A stretch of 64,000 bases of DNA, from the NCBI GenBank assembly GCA_963822145.1, contig CAWGGG010000004.1, forward strand, positions 1,186,832 through 1,250,831, in the 5' to 3' direction. A program made the translations under genes and the position numbers. Numbering within the stretch: the first letter of the stretch is position 1; the number at the start of each line of letters is the position of its first letter. Positions 18,901 to 28,672 of this stretch are shown piece by piece. The notes beneath the pieces are model-generated. The model saw nothing but the letters and a program-made list of their open reading frames with translations. It had not been told where the DNA came from and ran no database searches. The DNA is from an uncultured Bacteroidales bacterium (GTDB taxonomy: Bacteria; Bacteroidota; Bacteroidia; Bacteroidales; UBA10428).

Positions 18901-20061
18901 TTAATTTTTAGCGGTATAGACTTTGATGCTGATCAGGGGATGGGCATTGGGGGCTGTCAATGCATTCAGAACCTTGAAATTCAGGATAAAAGTCTTGAGT
19001 TCCTTGAGGGTTTTAACCTGTAACAGGGTGAGCGTATTCGCCTTTATCGTGACAACATCTGCATGATCATAAAAGGTATACTCCTTCTGGTTCTCCAGGA
19101 TGTAATCGCAATCGGATGTGTTTTCGACATATACTGAAACCACATTGGATTTTCCACTATTACTTTCCATCACCTGTGTTTTATGGATAGACAGGGATTG
19201 CTGCACCAGGGGAACCAGGAATTCCTTTTTACCGATCAGTGTATTGTCGAACCACACCACAGTTCTTCCTTTTTGAAGGGCTTCCCGCAGTGCTTCCTCT
19301 GATTTGCCAGTAGCAAAGACCAGGGTGACCGGCCGATGACCACCTCCTGTCACATTGAACTGCCAGTCGATAAGATCGTGTATGTCTGAGGCCCCAATCA
19401 GCGTAAGTTTGTTTTCAAGGGCAATTTTGAGTGCTTCATCTGAATAACTGTGCTCATTTACCAGTTCCACAGCCTGAATAAGGCCTTCTTTAATCAGCTG
19501 CCGGTGCATTTTGGTGAGTACTGCCGTTCCGTTGGGATTTTGTGCATACCAGTGAGGATGGTTCCAGATGACGTAAGCACCCTGTCGTTTGGCTTCCCGG
19601 AATACCTCAAGAGAATCCAAACCCAGCAGCTTATTGGCATCACTCAGAAACAGGGCATTGGCATGACCCGGGGGCATGTCGCGGGTAATTTCTGATCCGC
19701 TGATAACCAGGAGTTCACTCTCCTTTGCCGCTTCAAGAGCAATCTGATACACCCTGTTCCTGTCGGGATACGGCAAATCATCCCCATGAGGCTGGTATTC
19801 CAGATGATCTGTTATGGCAATGGCGTCAAGGCCGTCTGCGATGGCTTCGCGCACGCGAACGTCAGGCCATACATCGCCATCGGAGAAAACTGTGTGCTGG
19901 TGAAAATCGCAGATCAATGTTTTATATCCCGGAATATCCGGAAAAGTAATCCTGCGTGATGATTCGGATGATTGTCCATGAGCAGGGCTATTTCCGGTTA
20001 TGCAGGCCAGCAGGACAATACCTGTGCCTGCAATAAGTTTTACAGCAATACTGACGTTCAT
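18901..20061 (-). CDS. Secreted PHP-domain metal-dependent phosphoesterase
   Basis: Signal peptide followed by the PHP motifs CDFHQHTVFSDG and AIAITDH. The C-terminal ~100 aa is a beta-rich extension. Confidence 0.75.
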   Translation of the reverse strand: MNVSIAVKLIAGTGIVLLACITGNSPAHGQSSESSRRITFPDIPGYKTLICDFHQHTVFSDGDVWPDVRVREAIADGLDAIAITDHLEYQPHGDDLPYPDRNRVYQIALEAAKESELLVISGSEITRDMPPGHANALFLSDANKLLGLDSLEVFREAKRQGAYVIWNHPHWYAQNPNGTAVLTKMHRQLIKEGLIQAVELVNEHSYSDEALKIALENKLTLIGASDIHDLIDWQFNVTGGGHRPVTLVFATGKSEEALREALQKGRTVVWFDNTLIGKKEFLVPLVQQSLSIHKTQVMESNSGKSNVVSVYVENTSDCDYILENQKEYTFYDHADVVTIKANTLTLLQVKTLKELKTFILNFKVLNALTAPNAHPLISIKVYTAKN

Positions 20062-20293
20062 GGTTTCAATTTATAAGAGGTTCCAACAGATGAAGGTACT
20101 CATTTTGCATTAAAAGTTTCACATCATTAGATTTTCAGGATAGAATTGATTAAATTTCAGGTAAAGATTTAGTATAAGGCAGTTGAAATGATGACAAGGA
20201 TTTATCCATAATATAGGGTCAATCAGCAGGTAATTCTATTAAACATAATACGTCTGGCGTTGTTAATCAGGTATAAACTAAAACCGTGAAGAA

Positions 20294-22321
20294 ATGAAAA
20301 AAGTACTACTGTTTTCTTTGTTTTTTTCATTGACCTCAATACTGGCAATGCAGGCAGTAAGGTCACAAGAAACCGTGGTTGACATTATTGTCAACAGTGC
20401 TGATCACGATACGCTCGAAGCTGCTATAATTGCGGCCGGGCTGAATGACGACCTTGCAGGAACAGGACCTTTTACTGTTTTTGCACCTACCGATGCAGCC
20501 TTTAAAGCCCTGCCCATGGGTGCGCTTGACGCACTGCTGGCCGATCCGACCGGGTTGCTGGAGCAATTGCTGCTGTATCATGCGGCAAGTGGCAATTTGA
20601 CCTCAGACAGTCTGTCAGATGGTCGGGTTATTGTTACTTTGCAGGGCGGGAATATTACCGTCACCTTCAGCGGAGAGGACATTTTTATTAACAATGCCAA
20701 GGTCATTGTTGCAGATTTGCATGCCGACAACGGTGTGGTGCATGTCATCGATGCTGTGATCATTCCTGAGGTTGCTACCGTAATGGATATCATTGTTAAC
20801 AGTCCCGCCCACGATACCCTGGAATTTGCCCTGGGTTTTGCTGGACTGGACGATGACCTTGCCGGGGAAGGACCTTTCACCGTATTTGCGCCTACCGATG
20901 ATGCATTCAAGGCGCTGCCTCCCGGGACCGTCGAAGCCCTTTTACCGCAGCTTGAATCCATTCTCCTCTATCACGTTGCAGCAGGGAAGGTGATGTCTGA
21001 AGATCTGTCTGACGGACAGGAGATTGTTACGCTGCTGGATAGAAAGGTTAACGTATCCATTAACGAGGATGGTATCTTCATTAATAACGCGAAAGTTATT
21101 ATAACGGACCTTGTTGCTAACAATGGAGTGGTTCATGTAGTGGATGCCGTATTAATCCCGCAGGCCGAAACGGTTGTGGATATCATTGTAGGCAGTGCTG
21201 CACACGACACCCTCGAAGCCGCCGTAATTGCTGCCGAATTGGATGACGACCTGGCAGGCGAAGGCCCCTTTACCGTGTTCGCACCTACCGATGATGCTTT
21301 CAAGGCGCTGCCCGCAGGAACACTTGAAGCGTTGCTGGAAGATCCCACCGGTGACCTGGCCGATATTCTCCTTTACCATGTGGCCAGTGGCAAGGTTTTG
21401 TCGGAAGACTTGTCTGACGGACAGGAAATCACGACCCTCCTGGGCAAGGATATTACCATAACCATATCCAATGACGGGGTATTTATTAATGATGCAAAAG
21501 TCATTCTTGCTGATCTTCTTGCCGATAATGGTGTAGTGCATGTCATTGATGCCGTATTGATACCGCAATTAGCCGAGGCTTCTTTCCCCATCGACTTTGA
21601 AACCGAAACGGATGCAGTGTGGACCATTTTTGCAAATGGTACCGGTGCTGCGACCGATCTGGAGGTCATTGCCAATCCCGATAAAGCGGGAATCAATACC
21701 TCCGACAATGTGTTGAAATTCGTGATCAACACAGATGCTGATCCATGGGCGGGATTTTATTCTGATTCTTATCCGGAAGTTGAATTTACCCAATCTTCCC
21801 ATACGATTACCATGATGGTATGGAAATCGGTTATCAGTCCTGTTACCTTTAAAGTTGAATCCCCGTCAAACGGCGGAACTGTGACTGAATTAAAAGTCAA
21901 TAACACGGTTACGGGACAGTGGGAAAAGATCACTTTCGACTTTAGTGCCCTTATAGGGTATTCGTATGCCAGGATCACGGTAATCCCTGATTTTGTAGAT
22001 CCAAGGACAGCAGGCACCACGGTCTATCTTGACAACATTGAAATAGCCGAGACTCCTACAGGATTATTGAACCTGTTTGATAATTCCGAAGTACTTGGCA
22101 TTTTTCCCAACCCCTCATCAGATTACATAAAGCTTTCTGCTTTGGGAGAGGAAAAAGAAGGGTTGCTGAGAATCATCAATACCAGTGGTGTGGAAGTTGA
22201 GAACCGGTTTGTAAACAATCTTTCCGAATCCATTGATATCAGACGGCTCAATAAGGGTGCTTATTTTCTGATCGTGGAAACCAAAACCGGCAGGTATGCC
22301 CAGAAACTGCTGGTGAAATAA
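20294..22321 (+). CDS. Secreted protein with three tandem fasciclin (FAS1) domains, a beta-sandwich domain and a T9SS C-terminal sorting domain
   Basis: Signal peptide. Three repeats of ~131-135 aa each carry GPFTVFAPTDxAFxALP and NGVVHV(I/V)DAV. The last ~80 aa (LGIFPNPSSDYIKL...YFLIVETKTGRYAQKLLVK) form a Por/T9SS CTD. Confidence 0.85.
   Translation: MKKVLLFSLFFSLTSILAMQAVRSQETVVDIIVNSADHDTLEAAIIAAGLNDDLAGTGPFTVFAPTDAAFKALPMGALDALLADPTGLLEQLLLYHAASGNLTSDSLSDGRVIVTLQGGNITVTFSGEDIFINNAKVIVADLHADNGVVHVIDAVIIPEVATVMDIIVNSPAHDTLEFALGFAGLDDDLAGEGPFTVFAPTDDAFKALPPGTVEALLPQLESILLYHVAAGKVMSEDLSDGQEIVTLLDRKVNVSINEDGIFINNAKVIITDLVANNGVVHVVDAVLIPQAETVVDIIVGSAAHDTLEAAVIAAELDDDLAGEGPFTVFAPTDDAFKALPAGTLEALLEDPTGDLADILLYHVASGKVLSEDLSDGQEITTLLGKDITITISNDGVFINDAKVILADLLADNGVVHVIDAVLIPQLAEASFPIDFETETDAVWTIFANGTGAATDLEVIANPDKAGINTSDNVLKFVINTDADPWAGFYSDSYPEVEFTQSSHTITMMVWKSVISPVTFKVESPSNGGTVTELKVNNTVTGQWEKITFDFSALIGYSYARITVIPDFVDPRTAGTTVYLDNIEIAETPTGLLNLFDNSEVLGIFPNPSSDYIKLSALGEEKEGLLRIINTSGVEVENRFVNNLSESIDIRRLNKGAYFLIVETKTGRYAQKLLVK
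20369..21568 (+). repeat. Three tandem ~400-bp coding repeats (FAS1 modules)
   Basis: Units at 20369-20770, 20771-21163 and 21164-21568. Long identical nucleotide runs are visible between units 2 and 3, for example GGACCTTTCACCGTATTTGCGCCTACCGATGATGC versus GGCCCCTTTACCGTGTTCGCACCTACCGATGATGC. Confidence 0.9.
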
Positions 22322-22341
22322 TCATATTATTTCCACAGGTT

Positions 22342-22374
22342 AAAAAAGGGACGAATCAAACGTCCCTTTTTTTT
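22342..22374. terminator. Bidirectional rho-independent terminator
   Basis: A6-GGGACG-AATCAAA-CGTCCC-T8 between convergent genes. The A-run and T-run allow termination in both directions. Confidence 0.75.
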
Positions 22375-22394
22375 ATCGGTATGTCAGGCGTGGT

Positions 22395-23027
22395 TTATTC
22401 AGTTGCTGGTGGTGTGGGATCATTCTCCTTGATTCTCTTTCTGCAGATCTGTTCAATCTCATAGACACGGGGAATTCCCGAAATATAAAACGTATCGGCA
22501 ACATATTGATCTCCGCCATTTTTCCTGCTTACCATCCTGCCGGTTCTCATACCCAGTGTAATGTTTCCCTTCTTTTCATTCCCGGTAACTTCAATATCGC
22601 CCGAGAACTGTTCCCAGTCAATCGACCGAATGGTGCTCTTGCTGTAAAGGATCAGCCGGGTAGGGGTTCCTACGAAATAACCCCCTTTCCTAAAAAGGGA
22701 ATAAATGCCGAATCCAAATATCAGTAAGCCTACGAGAACGAAAAATCCTATGATCATGGCAGGTACTACAACAGGGCCAAGGTTCCCGGGACCTGCCACA
22801 ACAGGCACACCATCCGAAGAAAAGTGCACCTCCTTGCCCACAAAAAGTGGTCCCAGAAAGGCCACCACAAAGATGCTGGTGAAGGCCAGCCAGAAGGAAC
22901 CGAAGAGTATGGCTGCAACGGAGTTCTTTATCGGCTGTGTCCTGCGTGCCTTTACGGCAAAGTCCCTGTTTTCCGATCCGAGATGCTGGAGCAGCATGTG
23001 CGGTAAGGTGTTGTAATCATCCATCAT
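22395..23027 (-). CDS. Hypothetical membrane protein (2 TM plus a PH-like C-terminal domain)
   Basis: 210-aa ORF with two clear hydrophobic helices and a soluble C-terminal half. No family recognised. Confidence 0.55.
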   Translation of the reverse strand: MMDDYNTLPHMLLQHLGSENRDFAVKARRTQPIKNSVAAILFGSFWLAFTSIFVVAFLGPLFVGKEVHFSSDGVPVVAGPGNLGPVVVPAMIIGFFVLVGLLIFGFGIYSLFRKGGYFVGTPTRLILYSKSTIRSIDWEQFSGDIEVTGNEKKGNITLGMRTGRMVSRKNGGDQYVADTFYISGIPRVYEIEQICRKRIKENDPTPPATE

Positions 23028-23135
23028 AAGGGTGTGTTTCTCCGAAATTTAGATAAAAGAACCGATGTTTACAATAACTTTTTACTTCAGCCACTTACAA
23101 TCATGAAACGTATCGACATAAACCGGAACTTTTGC

Positions 23136-23143
23136 TATTTTTG
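23136..23143 (+). promoter_or_regulatory. Candidate -7 box (TATTTTTG) for tpiA
   Basis: TAnnTTTG match 34 nt upstream of the tpiA ATG. Confidence 0.4.
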
Positions 23144-23176
23144 AACCTCTTTAACACCAATAAAAAATAACACACG

Positions 23177-23926
23177 ATGAGAAGAAAAATAGTAGCCGGA
23201 AATTGGAAAATGAACAAAACCCTTCAGGAAGGCATTGAACTGGCAAAAACAGTTAACAGACAGGTGGAGGATAATGGAGTTGTCATCGTTCTCTGCACCC
23301 CCTTTATTCACCTTTCCGAAGTGAGCAATGTGATCACCAAGGACTCCCTATTCCTCGGTGCGCAGAACTGTGCCGCTGAAGCTTCTGGTGCCTTTACCGG
23401 TGAGGTATCCGTTGATATGATCAAATCAACCGGCGCTGATTATGTGATCATCGGACATTCCGAACGAAGATCCTATTTTCATGAAGATGACGCCCTGCTG
23501 AACAGGAAGGTAAAATGCGCTCTTGCCGCAGGCCTGACCCCTATATTCTGCTGCGGTGAGGTTCTGGCTGAAAGACAGGCCGGCAATCATATGAAAGTAG
23601 TGAAAACACAGATTGAGAACGGATTATTTGATCTTACTCCTGAAGATTTCGGAAGGGTGGTTATCGCCTATGAACCGGTTTGGGCCATTGGTACTGGTGT
23701 TAACGCTACTTCAGACCAGGCGCAGGAAATGCACAAAGCCATTCGGGAACTCATAGCTGAAAAATACGGCAACCCTGTAGCCGGCAATACTTCCATATTA
23801 TATGGCGGCAGCTGCAAACCATCCAACGCAAGGGAATTATTTGCAAATCCTGATGTTGACGGAGGACTGATCGGTGGCGCTTCTCTTAATGCAGCTGATT
23901 TTATGGGTATCGTGAGTGCTTTTTAA
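23177..23926 (+). CDS. tpiA: Triosephosphate isomerase
   Basis: 249 aa with NWKMN, IGHSERR and [11 protein letters not shown] motifs. Confidence 0.95.
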   Translation: MRRKIVAGNWKMNKTLQEGIELAKTVNRQVEDNGVVIVLCTPFIHLSEVSNVITKDSLFLGAQNCAAEASGAFTGEVSVDMIKSTGADYVIIGHSERRSYFHEDDALLNRKVKCALAAGLTPIFCCGEVLAERQAGNHMKVVKTQIENGLFDLTPEDFGRVVIAYEPVWAIGTGVNATSDQAQEMHKAIRELIAEKYGNPVAGNTSILYGGSCKPSNARELFANPDVDGGLIGGASLNAADFMGIVSAF

Positions 23927-23962
23927 AGCTTATCCATAACATCAATATTAGTATTCTTTTTA

Positions 23963-24007
23963 AACGGTAATGGATACTTTTGAAGGACCATTGCCGTTAT
24001 TTTTTTG
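23963..24007 (+). terminator. Rho-independent terminator after tpiA
   Basis: 11-bp stem AACGGTAATGG / CCATTGCCGTT (one G-U pair) followed by ATTTTTTT. Confidence 0.7.
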
Positions 24008-24116
24008 AAGTTTTTCCATCAGGTGCCGGAATCATATACCGTTTAACGGTAATGATCATGAGTGATCTTGTTATGGATGGAAAAAAATAATATTTTTATT
24101 GAATAAATCCCATTCA

Positions 24117-27100
24117 ATGGTCTGCAGGATTTCCCGTCTGTATTGGATCTTTTGCTTCATGGTTCTTGTTTTCCCCGTTTCTGCCCAGGATTCCAAAGTG
24201 TTTTCAGGGGAAACCGATAAATACCCTGACGAGCTCTTTTTATTTATGCAAAAAAGCAGCAATCCTGAAAGCGAAAAGGCAGTGAATGAGTTTATAACAG
24301 CATGGACCAGGGATAGCCTTTTCAGTCCAAAGGAACGAGAAAGGGTCATTCAGTTATCATTGGATCTTCTTAAAAAGAATGCAAAGCCCTATCCTCACTT
24401 CACGCATTTTCTCAGGTGCCTTATGCTGATGAAAACTACTCGGCAGAAGCCTGAAAACTTCGTCAATTGGGAGAAAGGCCTGGAACTGCTGCTGGCCAGC
24501 CGGAAAATAACCCTGCAGTCCACTGATCGTTACCTGTCATTCACACGACAATTGTTTGACAGCAGTTCTTTATATCGCTCTATTAGTGTGGATTGGCGGA
24601 CCCGATCGCGTGATTATACAATTGTTACCGATACTGCCATTCGGATCATCCTGAAAAAGACTGACCTGGTTTGCTATGTCAGGAACGACAGCATTATGGT
24701 GACTGAAACCAGTGGTGAATTTAATCCGGTGACTTCCATTTGGAAAGGTACCGGGGGAACCGTAACCTGGGAGAGGGCAGGATTTAAGAAGTCGGAGGTT
24801 TACGCACAGCTAAGCACTTATGAAATCAATATGACCCGTTCGGAATATACCGCGAAAGATGCAGTTTTTGTCAACAAGGTTTATTTCAATGCCCCTTTAA
24901 AAGGCACCCTGACGGATCGGGTAAAACTGGTTAAAACACCTGAAGATGCAGACTATCCCTTGTTTGATTCCTATCAGAAAGACTTTAAAATCAAAAAGTT
25001 ATACAAAGATATTGATTTTGAAGGAGGTTTGTCGATGCAGGGCTCAAAACTGGTTGGAACAGGAAACCGCGAAAAACCGGCTTATGTTTTCATATACCGG
25101 AAAGATACCCTGGTACTGGTTGCCAGATCGGAATACTTTGCATTCCGTTCCGACCGGATCAACGCTCCGATTGCCGCCATTATCATCAAGCTCAGAAAAG
25201 ACTCAATCTTTCATCCGGGTTTGGCTTTCAGTTACCTGGTGCCTTCACGGGAGCTTTCCCTGAACCGCAACAACAATTTCACATCGGAAAGTCCGTATTA
25301 TGATTCTTATCATAACATCGATATGACATTCGAACAACTGGTATGGAAAATGAATGAGCCGGTTATGAGGTTTACCGCCACCCTGGGCAGTACCATCGGG
25401 AAAGCCAATTTTGAGTCTGTCAGCTTTTTCAATAACGAGCAATACCTGAACATGCAGCTTATGGATGAAGTGCATCCACTTGTTTCCATCCGGAGTTTTG
25501 CCAGGTACATGGGGGTGGAGGAGTTCCTTGCAGATGATTATGCACGCTATCTGAAAAAATCCATTTCCCAGGTAAAGCAATTGCTCATGCGCATGGCGGC
25601 CCAGGGTTTTCTCTATTATGACAGCGAATCTGGCATGGCTGCCATTCGTCCAAGGTTGCATGATTACCTGGCTGCCAGCGTTGCTAAAATCGATTATGAT
25701 GTTATCAGTTTCCCCTCGCGAACTACTGCACCAGTTGAAAATGCGATGTTTGACCTCCGGAACTATGATCTTACCATTAACGGCATTCCCAGGATATTCG
25801 TCAGCGATTCACAGAATGTGGCTATCTATCCCGACAATGACCGGATCATCATGAAGAAAAACAGGCATTTTCAGTTTGACGGACAGGTTCAGGCCGGCCT
25901 GTTTACTTTTACAGGGAAGAACTTCTTTTTTAATTATGATACCTTTAAGATTGATCTTCAGAAGATCGACTCCCTGCGCATCCGTTATTTAACCGGTCAG
26001 GTGGACGATTATGGTTTTGCAGTTGCCGATAGAGCGCAGAATCTCATTCAGGACATTAAGGGAGAATTGTATATCGATAAATCAGACAATAAATCCGGTA
26101 GGAAATCCTACTCTGAATACCCAATATTCAGGTCTACAGAAAATGGTTTTGTATATTATGATGATAAAAAAATCCAGGATGGGGTGTATGACCGTGATCG
26201 GTTCTATTTTGAGATTTATCCCTTTGAAATGGACAGCCTCGATAATTTCAACCGTCAATCCATGCAGTTTGAGGGTGAACTAACATCTGCCGGTATCTTC
26301 CCTGTGATCCAGGAAACCCTTCGGCTACAAGGTGATAAATCTCTGGGGTTCAAGTATATGACTCCTGATTCCGGACTTTCCTTATATAAAGGAAAGGGAA
26401 TGTTTTTTCAGGAAATCTCTTTAAGCAATCAGGGGCTGCAGGGTTCTGGAACCATTAATTACCTCACTTCTTCCACCATTTCCGATGATATCCGGTTTTA
26501 TCCGGATTCATTAAATGCCGTATCGCGTGATTTTACCATCGTTCAAAAGACAACAGATACGCAATTTCCGCAGGTGCATTCTGTTAACAACAAGATCCAC
26601 TGGTTGCCCTATCTGGATGAATTCTATGCCTACAGGATTGATTCAACGTTCCGTATGTTCAACAATACCTCAGTACTGGCAGGCAATCTGAAATTGCAGC
26701 CTTCCGGTCTGGGCGGCGAGGGCAGAATGTTTCTCGAAGGTGCAGAATTGCATTCGGAAAAGTATGCGTTCAAAGCCAACGAAATCGATGCTGACACAGC
26801 TGACTTTTTTCTTAAATCACTTCATAGCGAAGGCTTTACAGTTCTAACAGAGAACATGAAATCCCATATTGATTTCACGCAGCAAAAAGGATTGTTTACC
26901 ACCAACGAGGATTTCACGCTGGTCTCTTTTCCTGAAAACAAGTACGTGAGCTACCTTGACCATTTTGAGTGGAATATGTCCAGCAAAGAACTTGCCATGG
27001 GATCGCGCTCCTCAACACCACCTGCCACAGAGATAGCAGAAGAAGGTTTAACGGGGCCGAGATACATCAGTATTGATCCGGCCCAGGATTCCCTGAGCTT

Positions 27101-28595
27101 CATTGCCCCGCTGGCTTTCTATGATTATGACAGCAATCTGATCAAAGCTCATGAAGTAAAATACGTAGATATTGCTGATGCCCGGATATATCCCGAGAAT
27201 GAGAAACTTACAGTACAGCCGGATGCACGGTTAAGGCCCCTGTACAAGGCCAATATTCTGGTTAACAGGACCACAAGGTACTTTACCCTGATTGATGCCA
27301 CCATTTCGATCACAGGCAGGAATAAGTATACAGGATCTGCGTATTACAATTATATTGATGAACTGGAGCAGCCACAATTGATTTATTTCAGCGCTCTCGG
27401 GGTCGATGACAGTTTACAGACAATCGGTTCAGGGGAGGTATCAGAAGCTGATGAGTTTACCCTGAGTCCCAATTACAGATATCGGGGAAAGTTTTATCTG
27501 GAAGCCTCTAAAAGGCTCCTGACTTTCGATGGCGGCACATTGATTGAACACAACTGTGAAAAGGTAGTTCCACGATGGGTGTATTTCAGGTCGGAAATTG
27601 ATCCAAAAAATATCATGATCCCCATCAGGGATGAGTTGATTGACATCAACAGAGATAAAATTTTCAACGGCTTGTTCATGTATTATGATTCTGTTCATGT
27701 CTATCCCGCTTTCCTTTCGGGTCGGAAGAATTACAGCGATAAAGCCATTGTTACATCCACCGGATATCTTTATTATGATAAACCATCGCAGCAATACCTG
27801 ATCGCCTCCAAAGAAAAACTGCTCGACAGGAATGTACCAGGGAATATCCTGGCCCTGCATCGTGAAAACTGCGAGTTATACGGGGAAGGAAAGATTGAAC
27901 CAGGCGCCAAGCTTGGCCAGATGAAAATAACCACGGTGGGAAATGTACTTCACAAAACAGAAGCTAACGAAACGGAGATGAATGTTTTGTTTGGATTGGA
28001 CTTTTTCATTGCTGATAACATCATCAATGTCATGGCAAGTGAAATCGACAGCATGCCGAACCTCCCTGCAGTTGATCTGAACAGGCCCCTGTACACGAAG
28101 GGCATTGTTGATCTTATTGGGAAAAGCCGTTACGATGCCATGAGATCTGAATTGAGTCTTTTTGGAACCTTAAAGGAGATGCCCCAGGAACTCAAGCATA
28201 CTATAATGTTTAACGAGCTAAAACTGCGGTGGAACAATGAATCAAATTCCTGGATGTCAGTGGGTAAAATTGGAATTGCCAGTATAAACAATATGCCCGT
28301 AAACAAAAGGGTGGATGGTCTGCTCGAGCTTCAGATAAAACGAAGTGGTGATATCCTTGATTTCTATTTGCAGCTCGACCGGCGTACCTGGTATTACTTC
28401 GGATACACCAGGGGGGTTATGCAAATACATTCATCCAATAATGAATTTCTTGAAAGGATGAAAAAGCTCAAACCCAATGAGCGACGGTTGAATGTAACAA
28501 CCGGGGAATCCTATATTTATATGGTATCCACCGATGTTAAAAAGAACACCTTCCTGAGAAGATACCGGGAGGTATATGAGAACAGCAGTGAGTAA
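24117..28595 (+). CDS. Very large (about 1490 aa) secreted hypothetical protein
   Basis: Uninterrupted ORF with a signal peptide (MVCRISRLYWIFCFMVLVFPVSAQ). Composition is beta-rich. No recognisable catalytic motif or internal repeat. The track start at 24099 is TTG; the ATG at 24117 is used. Confidence 0.7.
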   Translation: MVCRISRLYWIFCFMVLVFPVSAQDSKVFSGETDKYPDELFLFMQKSSNPESEKAVNEFITAWTRDSLFSPKERERVIQLSLDLLKKNAKPYPHFTHFLRCLMLMKTTRQKPENFVNWEKGLELLLASRKITLQSTDRYLSFTRQLFDSSSLYRSISVDWRTRSRDYTIVTDTAIRIILKKTDLVCYVRNDSIMVTETSGEFNPVTSIWKGTGGTVTWERAGFKKSEVYAQLSTYEINMTRSEYTAKDAVFVNKVYFNAPLKGTLTDRVKLVKTPEDADYPLFDSYQKDFKIKKLYKDIDFEGGLSMQGSKLVGTGNREKPAYVFIYRKDTLVLVARSEYFAFRSDRINAPIAAIIIKLRKDSIFHPGLAFSYLVPSRELSLNRNNNFTSESPYYDSYHNIDMTFEQLVWKMNEPVMRFTATLGSTIGKANFESVSFFNNEQYLNMQLMDEVHPLVSIRSFARYMGVEEFLADDYARYLKKSISQVKQLLMRMAAQGFLYYDSESGMAAIRPRLHDYLAASVAKIDYDVISFPSRTTAPVENAMFDLRNYDLTINGIPRIFVSDSQNVAIYPDNDRIIMKKNRHFQFDGQVQAGLFTFTGKNFFFNYDTFKIDLQKIDSLRIRYLTGQVDDYGFAVADRAQNLIQDIKGELYIDKSDNKSGRKSYSEYPIFRSTENGFVYYDDKKIQDGVYDRDRFYFEIYPFEMDSLDNFNRQSMQFEGELTSAGIFPVIQETLRLQGDKSLGFKYMTPDSGLSLYKGKGMFFQEISLSNQGLQGSGTINYLTSSTISDDIRFYPDSLNAVSRDFTIVQKTTDTQFPQVHSVNNKIHWLPYLDEFYAYRIDSTFRMFNNTSVLAGNLKLQPSGLGGEGRMFLEGAELHSEKYAFKANEIDADTADFFLKSLHSEGFTVLTENMKSHIDFTQQKGLFTTNEDFTLVSFPENKYVSYLDHFEWNMSSKELAMGSRSSTPPATEIAEEGLTGPRYISIDPAQDSLSFIAPLAFYDYDSNLIKAHEVKYVDIADARIYPENEKLTVQPDARLRPLYKANILVNRTTRYFTLIDATISITGRNKYTGSAYYNYIDELEQPQLIYFSALGVDDSLQTIGSGEVSEADEFTLSPNYRYRGKFYLEASKRLLTFDGGTLIEHNCEKVVPRWVYFRSEIDPKNIMIPIRDELIDINRDKIFNGLFMYYDSVHVYPAFLSGRKNYSDKAIVTSTGYLYYDKPSQQYLIASKEKLLDRNVPGNILALHRENCELYGEGKIEPGAKLGQMKITTVGNVLHKTEANETEMNVLFGLDFFIADNIINVMASEIDSMPNLPAVDLNRPLYTKGIVDLIGKSRYDAMRSELSLFGTLKEMPQELKHTIMFNELKLRWNNESNSWMSVGKIGIASINNMPVNKRVDGLLELQIKRSGDILDFYLQLDRRTWYYFGYTRGVMQIHSSNNEFLERMKKLKPNERRLNVTTGESYIYMVSTDVKKNTFLRRYREVYENSSE

Positions 28596-28672
28596 AAAAA
28601 AGCCTTTCCGTATTTTTTTCCCGGAATAATTTGTTTTTATTTGTTCCACAATACCGGATAGCGCGCACCTTT

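Noticed and set aside
20363-22020. Numerous 60-140-aa ORFs on both strands within the FAS1 gene
   Set aside because: They recur with the ~400-bp repeat period and translate to Ser/Ala/Thr-rich low complexity. They are by-products of the tandem coding repeats.
23930-24080. 9-bp inverted repeat ATCCATAAC ... GTTATGGAT and a duplicated AACGGTAATG motif flanking the tpiA terminator region
   Set aside because: The matches are short and about 130 bp apart in an A+T-rich intergenic region. Apart from the terminator hairpin already listed, I cannot distinguish them from chance.
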